Shown here: one piece after another, positions 45,601 through 56,125 of the stretch
Layout of the letters: the number at the start of each line of letters is the position of its first letter
How positions within the stretch are numbered: position 1 is the first letter of the stretch
NCBI GenBank assembly: GCA_002633005.1
Contig: NMRA01000044.1
Coordinates: forward strand, 462,594-526,593
DNA: 64,000 nucleotides
Direction: 5' to 3'
Origin: Phoronis australis
Lineage: Eukaryota > Animalia > Phoronida
Notes under the pieces: generated by a model
Database searches by the model: none
What the model saw: only the letters and a program-made list of their open reading frames with translations
Told to the model about the DNA's origin: nothing
Made by a program: the position numbers and the translations under genes

Positions 45601-46072
45601 TTCGCACAAAAGGAGCAGAGAAATTGCCAAAAATAGTTTCGAGTTCGTTTCGAGTACAAAGATTAGAGACCGGGCCCAGGATGTGCTGGCATTCTGAACT
45701 ATTTTTATAATTTTTTGCACTTTTAAATTTAACTTGTATGCATCATTCCCTGCTTCCTGGGGAACTGTCCTGGCTGCTGACAATATTTCAGTGTGCAATC
45801 AGGTCGTCAGGGACGAGCATCTCGATTGCGTTTTATTCAAGCTTGAGTAGCTGTGTTTTATTTTAAGTGGTGAGTAGCCTACTTCTGGAAGCCCGCTAGC
45901 TAGTGAACCTGCAAAGATAACGCGACGGTGAGCGTGAAATGACAAAAATTCACTGTCTTAGGTTCAAACAGACAAGAGGTTCCATGTCTCTCAAGAACAT
46001 ACTTACACTTGAAACGCGATCATTTGGTAGCTTTTGTAAGAGTTCGACTTTCTCTGATTGATCAACTTCCAT
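39590..46072 (-). CDS. COMMD8: COMM domain-containing protein 8, complete, 5 coding exons, 184 aa
   Basis: Four phase-0 GT-AG introns. The translation [69 protein letters not shown] aligns end to end with the COMMD8 pattern I recall (LQKLP..[52 protein letters not shown]). Confidence 0.95.
41250..41405 (-). CDS. COMMD8: COMMD8 exon 4 (COMM domain)
   Basis: ttttag|CTG...AAG|gtgagt; [52 protein letters not shown]. Confidence 0.94.
42011..42163 (-). CDS. COMMD8: COMMD8 exon 3
   Basis: tttttag|GCT...AAG|gttggc; [51 protein letters not shown]. Confidence 0.94.
43208..43363 (-). CDS. COMMD8: COMMD8 exon 2
   Basis: cttttcag|TTC...GAG|gtgagc; [52 protein letters not shown]. Confidence 0.93.
45277..45676. 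mobile_element. Palindromic MITE (Harbinger-like), 400 bp, in COMMD8 intron 1
   Basis: CAG|GGCCCGGTCTC ... GAGACCGGGCC|CAG (3-bp TSD). Inverted complementarity extends over more than 120 bp. Confidence 0.88.
46007..46072 (-). CDS. COMMD8: COMMD8 exon 1 (coding part)
   Basis: aaaacATG GAA...AGT|gtaagt on minus; [22 protein letters not shown]. Confidence 0.88.
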
Positions 46073-46801
46073 GTTTTTATCCTGTTTCCGTGTCCTTCAA
46101 AAACATGTTTCCGAGCACAATAAAATTAAAAAAATACAAGTACACTAGACTGATAAAACAAACTATTTATGTTAAAAATAAAAATACCATGATTTATGTA
46201 AACTAAAAAATAAGTAATGTGTCATAATTTCAAGTTACACTAAAATTTTGCCACATAATCGAAAGGGGAGGAGCTGAGGTGCTCTTTAGTGTTTGGAAAT
46301 AAATATAACGAAAGCTTGCCAGAAAACCTCTCAGCTGTGCAGTAGTGTAGTTGTGGAAGAGCATGTGTCAAAGTTTTCGCGAATTATGTTACTCAAAATG
46401 GATTAGTCTAGATCGTTGCCCTCGTTACAGTGTGTGAAAGTGACAGAATTCATACATGAATATTTAAATACCTACCTGGAATGACGAGTGCTTTTAAACT
46501 TTCTGGGCACAGATGATAGCCAGCAGTTCAAGCGGGCCAGTGTCCGCGACTCACAGCAGGCATAGGAGAGACGTGCACTATGCGATGTCTACAACTAAGC
46601 CTGAATAACGAAAATGCGGGTGAAATCCATGCTGCATGTGATATTTGGATTATGCAGTGTGTTCAAAACCGTTGCCAGGCAAGCTTCCTTTTGAAGAAAG
46701 AATGCAGTGCAAGCTCTCCTTTCTGACTGACTCCAGAACATTAGTTTTGCACCTAAAAGTAAACGTCTCGCATTAGATTCAGCTACAGCTATTGACACAA
46801 A
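46073..46801. promoter_or_regulatory. Putative bidirectional promoter / 5' UTR region shared by COMMD8 (-) and PDZD8 (+)
   Basis: Only 729 bp separate the two divergent start codons. TSS positions cannot be determined from sequence. Confidence 0.65.
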
Positions 46802-46948
46802 ATGTTTTTAATCATTCTCTCCTCTCTTTGTCTGGGTGTTGTTCTCACCCTTGTTGTACAGATATTCTTTCTTCGGAAACTTTACTATGACCAACCAGAA
46901 GTCAGCAGGCCGTTCGTTCCTCAGTTTTCTCAGTATAAACTTCCAAAG
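46802..46948 (+). CDS. PDZD8: PDZD8 coding exon 1 (signal-anchor TM)
   Basis: aaaATG TTT...AAG|gtaagt; MFLIILSSLCLGVVLTLVVQIFFLRKLYYDQPEVSRPFVPQFSQYKLPK. Confidence 0.88.
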
Positions 46949-49900
46949 GTAAGTAAATAGTTTACGTAATTAAAGCTGTTTTTCACAACTGACTAACTGA
47001 CAGTGTTGAATTCTTAACCATAGCACTTTGGAGGTTTAAAAACATCAAACTCGTCCGATCAAGAATTTTTTGCCAAACAAGTCAGCGGCTAAAGTCACGA
47101 GCAATGTTTACCTATACCATTTTTCGGGTTCAAAAATTTTATTGTTGACCAACTCGAATAAAATCTGAAGTATTTTCTTGAGTCGTTAATGTTTTCCATG
47201 TTCTTGGTGGTAAGAGATACAGAGTCCCAGCTAACAAGGTAAGGAATATTATAAGACCAGTATTAGGAAAGCAAAATGGTTTCATTTTTTTTTGGTTTTT
47301 GACCTTCTAAATAGGATGAAATGCATCTTTAAGTGAGTTATTGCTTTAGTCACTATCGGTTACACAGTTGTAATTAAATAGTGAATACAATATTATAAGC
47401 AAGGAACTGTGAGGCTTTGAGTCTGTGTTTAGCGGCCAAAGTTATCTTTTCCAAGTTTGACTTTATGGTTGGTATTGGTATGTATTTGCTTCAGCTGTCA
47501 TAGGTTCAGAGAGGGTCCAGGCAGACCGGTCAGTTTTACATTGCTGTAATAGAGGAAACTCAACCAACCCTTTGTACGTTGTCAGATCCCTGAGAAAAAT
47601 CCCAGAACCGCAGCTGTTTAGAGATAAAAATTATCATACAGTTTTGATAATGTAGAGCTGTAATTATGCTGTTTTCTTGATGTCAACCTATTATAACTGA
47701 TCATTTGTAGCATCTAGCACAAATTAGTTCTTGGCTTTCATTAGCAGTTGTGTCAGGGTGTATATACTAATAGATCTACCGTATTCGCCATAATAAACGC
47801 CCATGCCCCTATAAGGGCCCCCTTCACGCGTTTTCAGACTTTGCTGAAATAAGCGCCCACTCCATGAACGTGTACATGTGAACAATGACGTACCTACAGT
47901 CCTAAAACTCGGCTACAGTACCGTCTTCAATTTATCAAAAAAATTTTGCACGGGTCTACTAGACCACCAGTGGCACTGCTACGTTTGTGGCAATTTTATT
48001 TTTTTACGGTTACCTCTGTATCTTCACAAGTCCTTAACTGATTTTCATGAAATTTGGTATGTAGGCACCTATTAGTGCGATGACGCTATTCTCCCATTTT
48101 CGGATGGATTTGACCTAGTTTGCGACACCCAGTGGCCATTTTTAATGTTTTTGAGTCTGTTTTTTTGGCGTCCACCCCTCTATCAACCAAACCGCTCTAT
48201 GTATGATTGTGAAAATTGGCATGTATGTTCTTACTATGAACAGGACGGTTGACGCTGAATTTCCCATGACTTTGATTACTGTGGCGCCTCCTAGTGGCAG
48301 TTTTTTTTGTGCCCATGGCTGTATCTCCCAAACCGTTTGCAGGATCTTTACTAAATTTAGCAAGTGTATTTATGTGATGTTGAAAACGGACGATGACGAC
48401 TTTAGGATGATTCTGACTACCGGTGTGCCTCTAGTGGCAATTTAAGTATTTCACATTGACCTCTGTATTTTCATAGGTCTTCAGGTGTATACTTTGTGTT
48501 ACTTCGTGATTATGAAGGAAAAGTTCCAATTAGAAATTTGTTTCTGGCATTCTAATGCTGTGCTAATCTCGTATGTTGGTAAATTTGTTTTTAATTCTAT
48601 GTTTCTGTGGTGCTTTAAGCAACTGATGCGTAGGATGTGCTTTTATTATGAAGATCACTCACATTTTGCCCCTAGCCTATTGAGGAGACAATGACCATGC
48701 CTTTCCATTTTGCAAAGTACAACATACTACATATATGCCCTCTACTGGCCACTTTATGGTACCAATAAACAACCCTAGAAGGATACCGTATGCGGTGCAA
48801 TTGTGGGTGCATTTCAACGCTCTGCGTTGCTCTTGTTCAAGCATTGAAGTCGCCATATTGAAGACGGCGATTTCGAGGCAGTCAGTTGGTGAGTTTTCGC
48901 CCTCGGATTTCAGCACAATTTTCTGTAAAATGATCGTAATTTAGCAGCAAAGTTTTATAGCAATGCACCACAGTTTTGTTGAAAGTCTTTCATAGATTAC
49001 ATATACGTCACAGAGCGTAAATTTGATGAATCTTAGTTTCCGATTTCACCAGTTTCGGAGACCGGGTTTCAACCGCCTTGGGTTATAATAAGCACCCCCC
49101 TGAACCAAACTTTTCTAAGCGCCCTGGGCGGTTATTACGGCGAATACTTTATGTGAAATGTTTTGGCTTACTTACACTGTAGATTTACTTGAGTTGCCAA
49201 GTCTTGTTTTAGATTGGTATATACATGTCGTGTGATTAGTATATTTTGTATTCAAGCATTTTATGGCACAGGCACTAGCCAAAGTGGTAATTTTCGGATG
49301 AGCTGTTTGAAAATGATTTCATTTTTACAAAATTAGCAACATTAAGATTAGTTATTTAGTCAGCGTATTAGAGGGTGTCAAAATTTGACACTTGTCTACA
49401 AATGTCTTTAGCAATAACCTTTAAACACGATTGTAAATACCATGTATTGGATATACAAATCAAAAGAACGCATATTTGAAGCGAAGAATTGGGAATACAA
49501 GACTGAAAATTAATCTTTTTGCTCGCAGGCTTCTCTCAGTATTGCTTTGGTCTTAATGAGACAATTAGGCACTCGTCTATTCCCTCTGGAAATCATGATG
49601 TAGTTGTGTCTTATGAATCATGGCTGATGTTTGTTCATGATAAACAGGCTGATAATCTTTATAGTAATACCATGTATGATGCCAACATTGTGTTCTGCTC
49701 GAATGCATGAAACAATATGGAGATTTTTACATGAAGAAACCTTAAATGTCTTACTGTACACATAGCCTTGTTGGCAACGAAAATAGATCCTATCACAGTG
49801 AAGGATGTTATGGGACCAGTTTTATTAGAGTCGAAACACAATGGCTTTTCATTTTTAGGGAGCTAAATAGGGCATAATGCAGTTTTAAATTTTGCTACGG

Positions 49901-51066
49901 TTATCCAATGTTTGCTTGAGGCCGCGTTTTTACTTTTCATTTGATGTAACCCAACTTAAAAAATGCACGTTGACATCATGGGTATCTCTGATCTTGGATG
50001 TTATTTTTTGTTCGTTGCAGTAAGACTAAAAATGAGAATTGCCAATTTTTTCCTTGGTTTTCTTGCTGCATTACCTGTACTGACAAATGTACAGAATCTG
50101 TACTTCAGAATAAGTTGCCTCATTACGTTTTTGGATCAAGAAGTTTTTATGATATTGTAGTTTGTTTGCAATAAAATTTCCTGAAATTCAAATTAAAATA
50201 ATGGCCAAAATTATCATTTTGTTGTTTTTCAAATACTCATTGTATTGCCACCAATTTTGATGAAAAAAATTTACTCTTCTGCCACACTGTGTTCTAATTT
50301 AAAGAAACTATACTCTAATATGTTGCTGGTGTGTTCGTAATAATTTCATGCACTTTACACTTGCTCACTCAAAGTTTTGAAAGGGCCATAGGACCCTACT
50401 GTTCAGAAAAAAATATTTTTAATAGTTTTTCTCATTGTGCATCTTTAAAAGGAAAGATTTTAAAAATTTTCAATCGATTAGCGGTAATTGAAATCACATA
50501 CAGTCACATCAGAAAAGTATTTGCATTTCAAATTTCACGGAATATTCACAGTGCTATAATTCTACAATCATAGGCCATAGGAGGTGGAATCAATTCCATA
50601 GCTCTACCTCTAAATTCCAGCTACAATTCGTCCTGGCTCATGGGGACTGCAGTTTGGTCACCAGATGTGTAGTTTGACACTCTCGGTGCATATGGTGTTA
50701 CGAAGCTCGAATGTAGCACTTATACCATGGGTTTTGTGTTTCCAGGTCCAGGACTGGGGTTTTATAAGATCAAAGCTGGAATTTGTGGGTGTTGCCATGG
50801 AATCATTTCAACTCTCTTTCAGGATCAAGATAGCCATTGGCCGTTCCAATTCTTTTTCATTTCGATATATTATACGTGGTAACTCAGTCTTAAAATTACA
50901 GTCACAGAACCGGGATGTTTCTAATCATAAAATGACAAGCCTTGAACTACCCAAATGCCAATTTCCCATTTTCACAATTGAAACATCCTTAAATCCTGTT
51001 TAGAAATTGACTTTTGACACTGCGTAATTGACACGGCGCAAGATAATCGGTGTCAAGCGTTCGTTT

Positions 51067-51100
<34 letters not shown>

Positions 51101-54100
51101 CGAAACAGTGGCTTGGTGGAATTTCTAGGCAGCAATGTGGAGTACACATGCACCAGGCCTTTATGCAGTGTACCTCCTTCTCCTAGCACTAATCTGGGCG
51201 TCCTTGCCAGGGTGCCCAATGTATCATTTGGACGCCCACTGTTCAATAAGAACCTTTCAAGTTTGGACTTGCCCATTGTACTAGGAATTCACTGAAGGCT
51301 CACAGTGGGGGCTGTTTTTCAAAGCAGGAAGAAATATACAATGTATATACAAAGTATGTTGCTATACTCACACTTGGTTGATTGCATTGTAAAGTCTTGG
51401 TCTACAGTTTTTTTTTTAGTAAAAATGCTCACTACAGAAGGCTGTTTTGTAAACTTAAATGTAAAAACCTTGGTCAATGCATTTTTTGTAAAAAAATGTG
51501 TGTGTCTGGGGGATTGCTAGTGGTNNNNNNNNNNNNNNNNNNNNNNNNNNNNNNNNNNNNNNNNNNNNNNNNNNNNNNNNNNNNNNNNNNNNNNNNNNNN
51601 NNNNNNNNNNNNNNNNNNNNNNNNNNNNNNNNNNNNNNNNNNNNNNNNNNNNNNNNNNNNNNNNNNNNNNNNNNNNNNNNNNNNNNNNNNNNNNNNNNNN
51701 NNNNNNNNNNNNNNNNNNNNNNNNNNNNNNNNNNNNNNNNNNNNNNNNNNNNNNNNNNNNNNNNNNNNNNNNNNNNNNNNNNNNNNNNNNNNNNNNNNNN
51801 NNNNNNNNNNNNNNNNNNNNNNNNNNNNNNNNNNNNNNNNNNNNNNNNNNNNNNNNNNNNNNNNNNNNNNNNNNNNNNNNNNNNNNNNNNNNNNNNNNNN
51901 NNNNNNNNNNNNNNNNNNNNNNNNNNNNNNNNNNNNNNNNNNNNNNNNNNNNNNNNNNNNNNNNNNNNNNNNNNNNNNNNNNNNNNNNNNNNNNNNNNNN
52001 NNNNNNNNNNNNNNNNNNNNNNNNNNNNNNNNNNNNNNNNNNNNNNNNNNNNNNNNNNNNNNNNNNNNNNNNNNNNNNNNNNNNNNNNNNNNNNAGGATT
52101 TTTCCTGGCTGGTGGTGTCATCTGGTTTACCTAGTTGTAAATAGAAACATGTCATAAACCCACTATCTGATAAGATATCACTTTCTGTACTTACAGTACA
52201 GTCAGACAAATATTCATCCATACTAGTAGCTCGTTTTCTTATCAATACAATTGTTCTCCAATAAATTGTATTTCTTTGCTCATGCATGACTGTTGCTAGC
52301 ACTAACACATTTCTTTCCTCATGAACGACTTTTCTTGTCATTATTTAAAGGTGCATTTTGCTGTGCAAAAATCAAGTTAGACTTGTAACTGTCCTCAAAT
52401 GGGTCTCGTAATATTCCTCAGTTACCGTAACAGGATTGTATTCTACGTGGAAACCATCAGCGTCTCAAGAAAATGCTTCAGACTTTATTACGATTATCGT
52501 AGCCAACCCTAAAATTACAAATTTGTAAATTGCAACCGTTAGCAGCTCAAGAGAACACAGTGAAATTTTATTTATTTGCTAGAGGTCGCAGCTCATACGA
52601 AACTCTAGAAATAAGCACTCATCATAGTCCCATATTTAAGAATTAGCACCAGTGATAAAATGTCATTCGTCTTGATGTTCCTCATCATGCTGACATGTGA
52701 AAGTGCTATACCCATGCCTATTTTTAGCAATTTTAACAACTAAAGTCTATTACCGGTTATTCTGTTGATACAAAACACTATGTTTGAAATATGATGGGCA
52801 CCAAAACTGGTTAAGTCCCAATCTTTAGAATCGAGAAAATTCAATTTCGACTTGAATTTTGGTATCAAAAAATTTAGAGATTGTCTTGAACTAAATAAAT
52901 TAATTCAAAGATCTATAGAAAAAATCTTCCTGTTGTTTTCTTGGCTATTTGCAGTAAGTTGTATTTGCACACGAGTAGTCAGTGTTCTCCGCTGCCTGTT
53001 TTGTTTCATTACTGCGTCGAGTTTGAATTATGTTTTTACAAGTTTGGCTTACTTGCGTGGAGTTTGAAAACCTATGCATCGAATTTCAAGTATTGGAAGA
53101 TAAGCCCTTTCTTAAGCAAATTAGGACAGTTTGGACTTATGGTACCAGTTCTGGTGGAGAACTCTGGTACTTAATAACACTGAGTTAACATTGGCTCTTG
53201 TCTAGTGTCAATTTTTAGTTTTGAATGATATGTATGACTTTTTCATTTAAATAATTGTCTCCAGGCGACGAAATCTCAGAAGATTAATGTTTCTGGTGTT
53301 GTTAAAATGGCGTCCTGTTGCAATTGGATTATGTTGCTTTCGAAAATAAAAAACGTTCAATTACGGCATTTCTAATCTGTAAAAGTGTTTCATTGATGTT
53401 TTCTGACCAGGGTAACATCATACTGTGCAAAAACATTCATTGATGGGAAATGATATATTAGCTAATTAATAAGTGATTTAGTTGTTCTAGCTTCAGTGCC
53501 AGATTAGCTCAATTTGCTACTTGTCTGTGAGCAAGGCTTGTGATATGCGTGGTCTCAGCATATAATCAATACACGGCTTAACGAGCATCACCCAATGCCT
53601 TAATTAATGTGCAAAAACCTTCACGCACTGTATTACATTTTGGAACATGTTTTTTTAATTATATTTGTTAGAAACTGATTATTGTAGAATTTCTTTGCTA
53701 TCGACCATCGTTTACAGTGTTTGGCATAACATGATGTCTAATCAAGCATGCTTTGATTTTGTAAAGACGATAATTGGTCATTTACTTGAAGGGAAGTTAT
53801 CTATTTGGAGATAGATATTTTTAGCACTTCTTTGTTGGCGATATGAAGAATTAATGACTTGGTGTAGCATTTAGAGGTCTTTTGACAAAACAGAATTTTA
53901 CCTGCTGAACTGAAGATGAGTCACTTTCACGATCTTCTGTTTTTACAAAATTATCGCAATGAAAAACCTATTTTGTTCACTGTTACAGAGACTGAACCAA
54001 GTAATAACAAAATTGTTAAAATAATTACAAAATTGAAATCTAGTGGTTTGTCAAAAGTAAAAAAAATAAAGTTTTAAATCGGAACAAAACAGAGACACGG

Positions 54101-56125
54101 CACAGCTTCTGATCAATACAATTAGGTTTGAGTGTATTACGGTAGTTATCAAGCCACTATCCTCCCTGCTCTGGCACATGCCCCTGTTAGTGTATTGGAA
54201 TTGTGAATGCAGTAAGGCTTTTCCCCCATTGTTTTGCATAGCATTGGATACTTCTGCCTGATGATGCAACTAGCGAAGTGATTTCTAAAAATTTAAATGA
54301 TTGTTCCTTTGACTATGTAATGAAAAGTGGGCAGGAGTCAAACAAAACGTGAAGTGCATTCTGTAACCCAAGACAATCACGGGGCACTTGCAGCTAGAAA
54401 TCTTTACTTACATAAAAGGATGTGTGATACCAAATTAATGGAATATTTAAGCACCTTTTCAAATTCCCATGTGCCAGAGGGACCGTATTCTTTCTTGTGG
54501 TGCCTTATGCCTTGTCAATTTCATTTCCTCTCTACCTTCAGGAACTGGTGGACGCCATCAAGACCCCAGGTGCTGACAAGAAGATGGAGTCATGTGTCTG
54601 TCTCAACCTGGTGTTCCAGTTTTTGTTCAGAGAACTCAAGGATAGTAAGATGGTCAGAGAGTAAGTGATGCTGTCCAGGGATATTTGTCAGTTTATTTTT
54701 ATTTATTAACTGTGGCAGTTTAGTCTTGGTAGAAGCATACGTATATATGTACCGTACAGAGGTGCATATGTGTGGCGTATGCAGGTGTGCAATAGGTTTG
54801 TTCTGAAAAAGCACAGTACCACTCACATTCTAAGGTATTTACCCATAGTGCAACACTCATCAAGCACTTGTCTTGCTTCTTTTCATGTAAGTTGTCATTG
54901 TAATGGAGGAAACTAGTATTTTCATATCTTGTGTTGTAATAGAGATGCTCCGGTGTTTGTTTAGACATGTAATTGAAACTGGAGCAACTTATCGAGTAAA
55001 ACTTGCCCTGCCTCTCAAAATGGTGTCAAAAATGGGTGCTGCAATTTTAGTTTGCTCCCTGTCTGTCGTGTTATCGCAGATAGTTGCACCTGATAAGCTG
55101 TTCCATGTCAAATGTTCCTTGTGTCAGTGTGTCTACTCATCCAAGTTATCCCCCTTGTTCCAGTTGTGAAATTTACAAATTTTCACTATGCATTTTTGGG
55201 TAGGATACACTTCTTGAAGTTAATGGCTTTGACCAGAGCTCACTAAATTGTTTTTCAGTAGTAAATTGACTAGAGCAAAAATAACAGTGATTGTATTGGA
55301 AATCGCCAATTGCCAGTATTGGCTTCCAGGCATTAGGTAGAATTACATGCATGAAATCAAGGCCAATGACCTGATCAGTTACTGACCCCTTGAAATACTT
55401 GACTACTTGCTTCATTGTCTTTAGATCTGATAGCAAAGTGTTGGATTGTGACTGTTCAAGTTGCGGGTTCGAATCCATCTTTGGCCCAATCTCTAATACA
55501 CAATGCAATCCCCGGTGATGTCACTTTCATGCCCCAATTATTTATACCATCAGAGACTTTCTTAAAAGTGCTGTTATTTTTGTGAATACGCGTTTCATGA
55601 GACACGTACGCCACCCAACGCACTTAGCATCAACTAACAAACAATCGTTTTCACTGTCACATTAACCTATTCTGGCGAGAAAATACAAACTCTTTGCTGG
55701 AGTAGATGTGAAGCTTTGGTTCCTGCTCATTTTAAGATTATGGTAGTGTGTACAAAATGGTTCAGCCCACCTCAACTTCTTAAAACTTTATTTTCAAAAT
55801 CCACATTGTCTGGTTTAACAAGTACCCCTTGATTTTTGAGTTTCCAATTTATCATTGTGGAAATTAACCCAGATGAGTAGGGACTAGGGTATGTTATCGT
55901 CTTTTGGAAGTTGAAATTACAATTTGGCAATCATTTTTGTTCAACTTTGGAGGAATTTTACCATTTGCTTGCCCTTGTTTCTGTGTACCTTTTTGTGCTG
56001 TACTTACTAAATCAGTGGTGGCAATGATGAGATATTCGCGTTTCAGATGGGTCATCAAGAAACTGACAGTAGAGTTTGATGAAATGATGGCGTCCACTCC
56101 AGGAAAACTGCTGGAAAATATTACG
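46802..56125 (+). CDS. PDZD8: PDZ domain-containing protein 8 (ER-anchored SMP-domain lipid transfer protein), 3'-partial, first 3 coding exons
   Basis: N-terminal TM MFLIILSSLCLGVVLTLVVQIFFL, then ESCVCLNLVFQFLFRELKDSKMVREWVIKKLTVEFDEMM..GKLLENIT. This matches the PDZD8 SMP start as I recall it (ETCYFLNATILFLFRELRD..RRWVTKKIKVEFEELL..GRLLEGL). Phases 0 and 2 are compatible. The remainder appears to lie beyond the window. Confidence 0.92.
47779..49149. mobile_element. Non-autonomous pogo-like TIR element containing a tandem-unit array
   Basis: TA|CCGTATTCGCCATAATAAACGCCCA ... TGGGCGGTTATTACGGCGAATACTT|TA. Subterminal TAAGCGCCC-like repeats are related to those of the 829-1910 element. Confidence 0.78.
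47960..48480. repeat. ~3.5 diverged tandem units of ~140-160 bp
   Basis: Recurring CTGTATCT / AAATTT(G/A)G / GGATG / AGTGGC..TTTT blocks; homologous to 3541-3845. Confidence 0.75.
50580..50816. mobile_element. Old MITE-like inverted repeat
   Basis: ~43-bp imperfect arms sharing ATTCCAT(A/G)GC...AAATTCCAGCT; no TSD recognised. Confidence 0.45.
51068..51098. repeat. (CA)15 microsatellite
   Basis: Perfect CA run. Confidence 0.97.
51525..52094. other. Assembly gap (570 N) within PDZD8 intron 1
   Basis: Run of N. ORFs spanning it are artefacts. A further single N lies at 56475. Confidence 0.99.
52376..52545 (+). repeat. Dispersed repeat family, copy 3
   Basis: GGTCTCGTAATATTCC...CTCAAGAAAATGCTTCAG...AACCCTAAAATTACAAATT. 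Confidence 0.6.
54542..54660 (+). CDS. PDZD8: PDZD8 coding exon 2
   Basis: ctctctaccttcag|GAA...GA|gtaagt; ELVDAIKTPGADKKMESCVCLNLVFQFLFRELKDSKMVR. Confidence 0.92.
55420..55490 (+). mobile_element. Possible tRNA-derived SINE head
   Basis: Perfect B-box GGTTCGAATCC at 55466-55476 with a degenerate A-box region upstream; no full cloverleaf. Confidence 0.35.
56047..56125 (+). CDS. PDZD8: PDZD8 coding exon 3
   Basis: gtttcag|A TGG...ACG|gtaagt; WVIKKLTVEFDEMMASTPGKLLENIT. Confidence 0.92.

Noticed and set aside
45883-45908. Possible 26-nt stop-containing cassette in COMMD8 intron 1 (minus)
   Set aside because: Short pyrimidine tract and mediocre donor; expected by chance.
51382-52341. Four long ORFs (215-274 aa) in the ORF track
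   Set aside because: They are made of X residues from the 570-N assembly gap.
52799-53157. Weak inverted repeat (CACCA.AACTGGT..TAAGTCC)
   Set aside because: Arms are short and gapped with no TSD; too degenerate to call.
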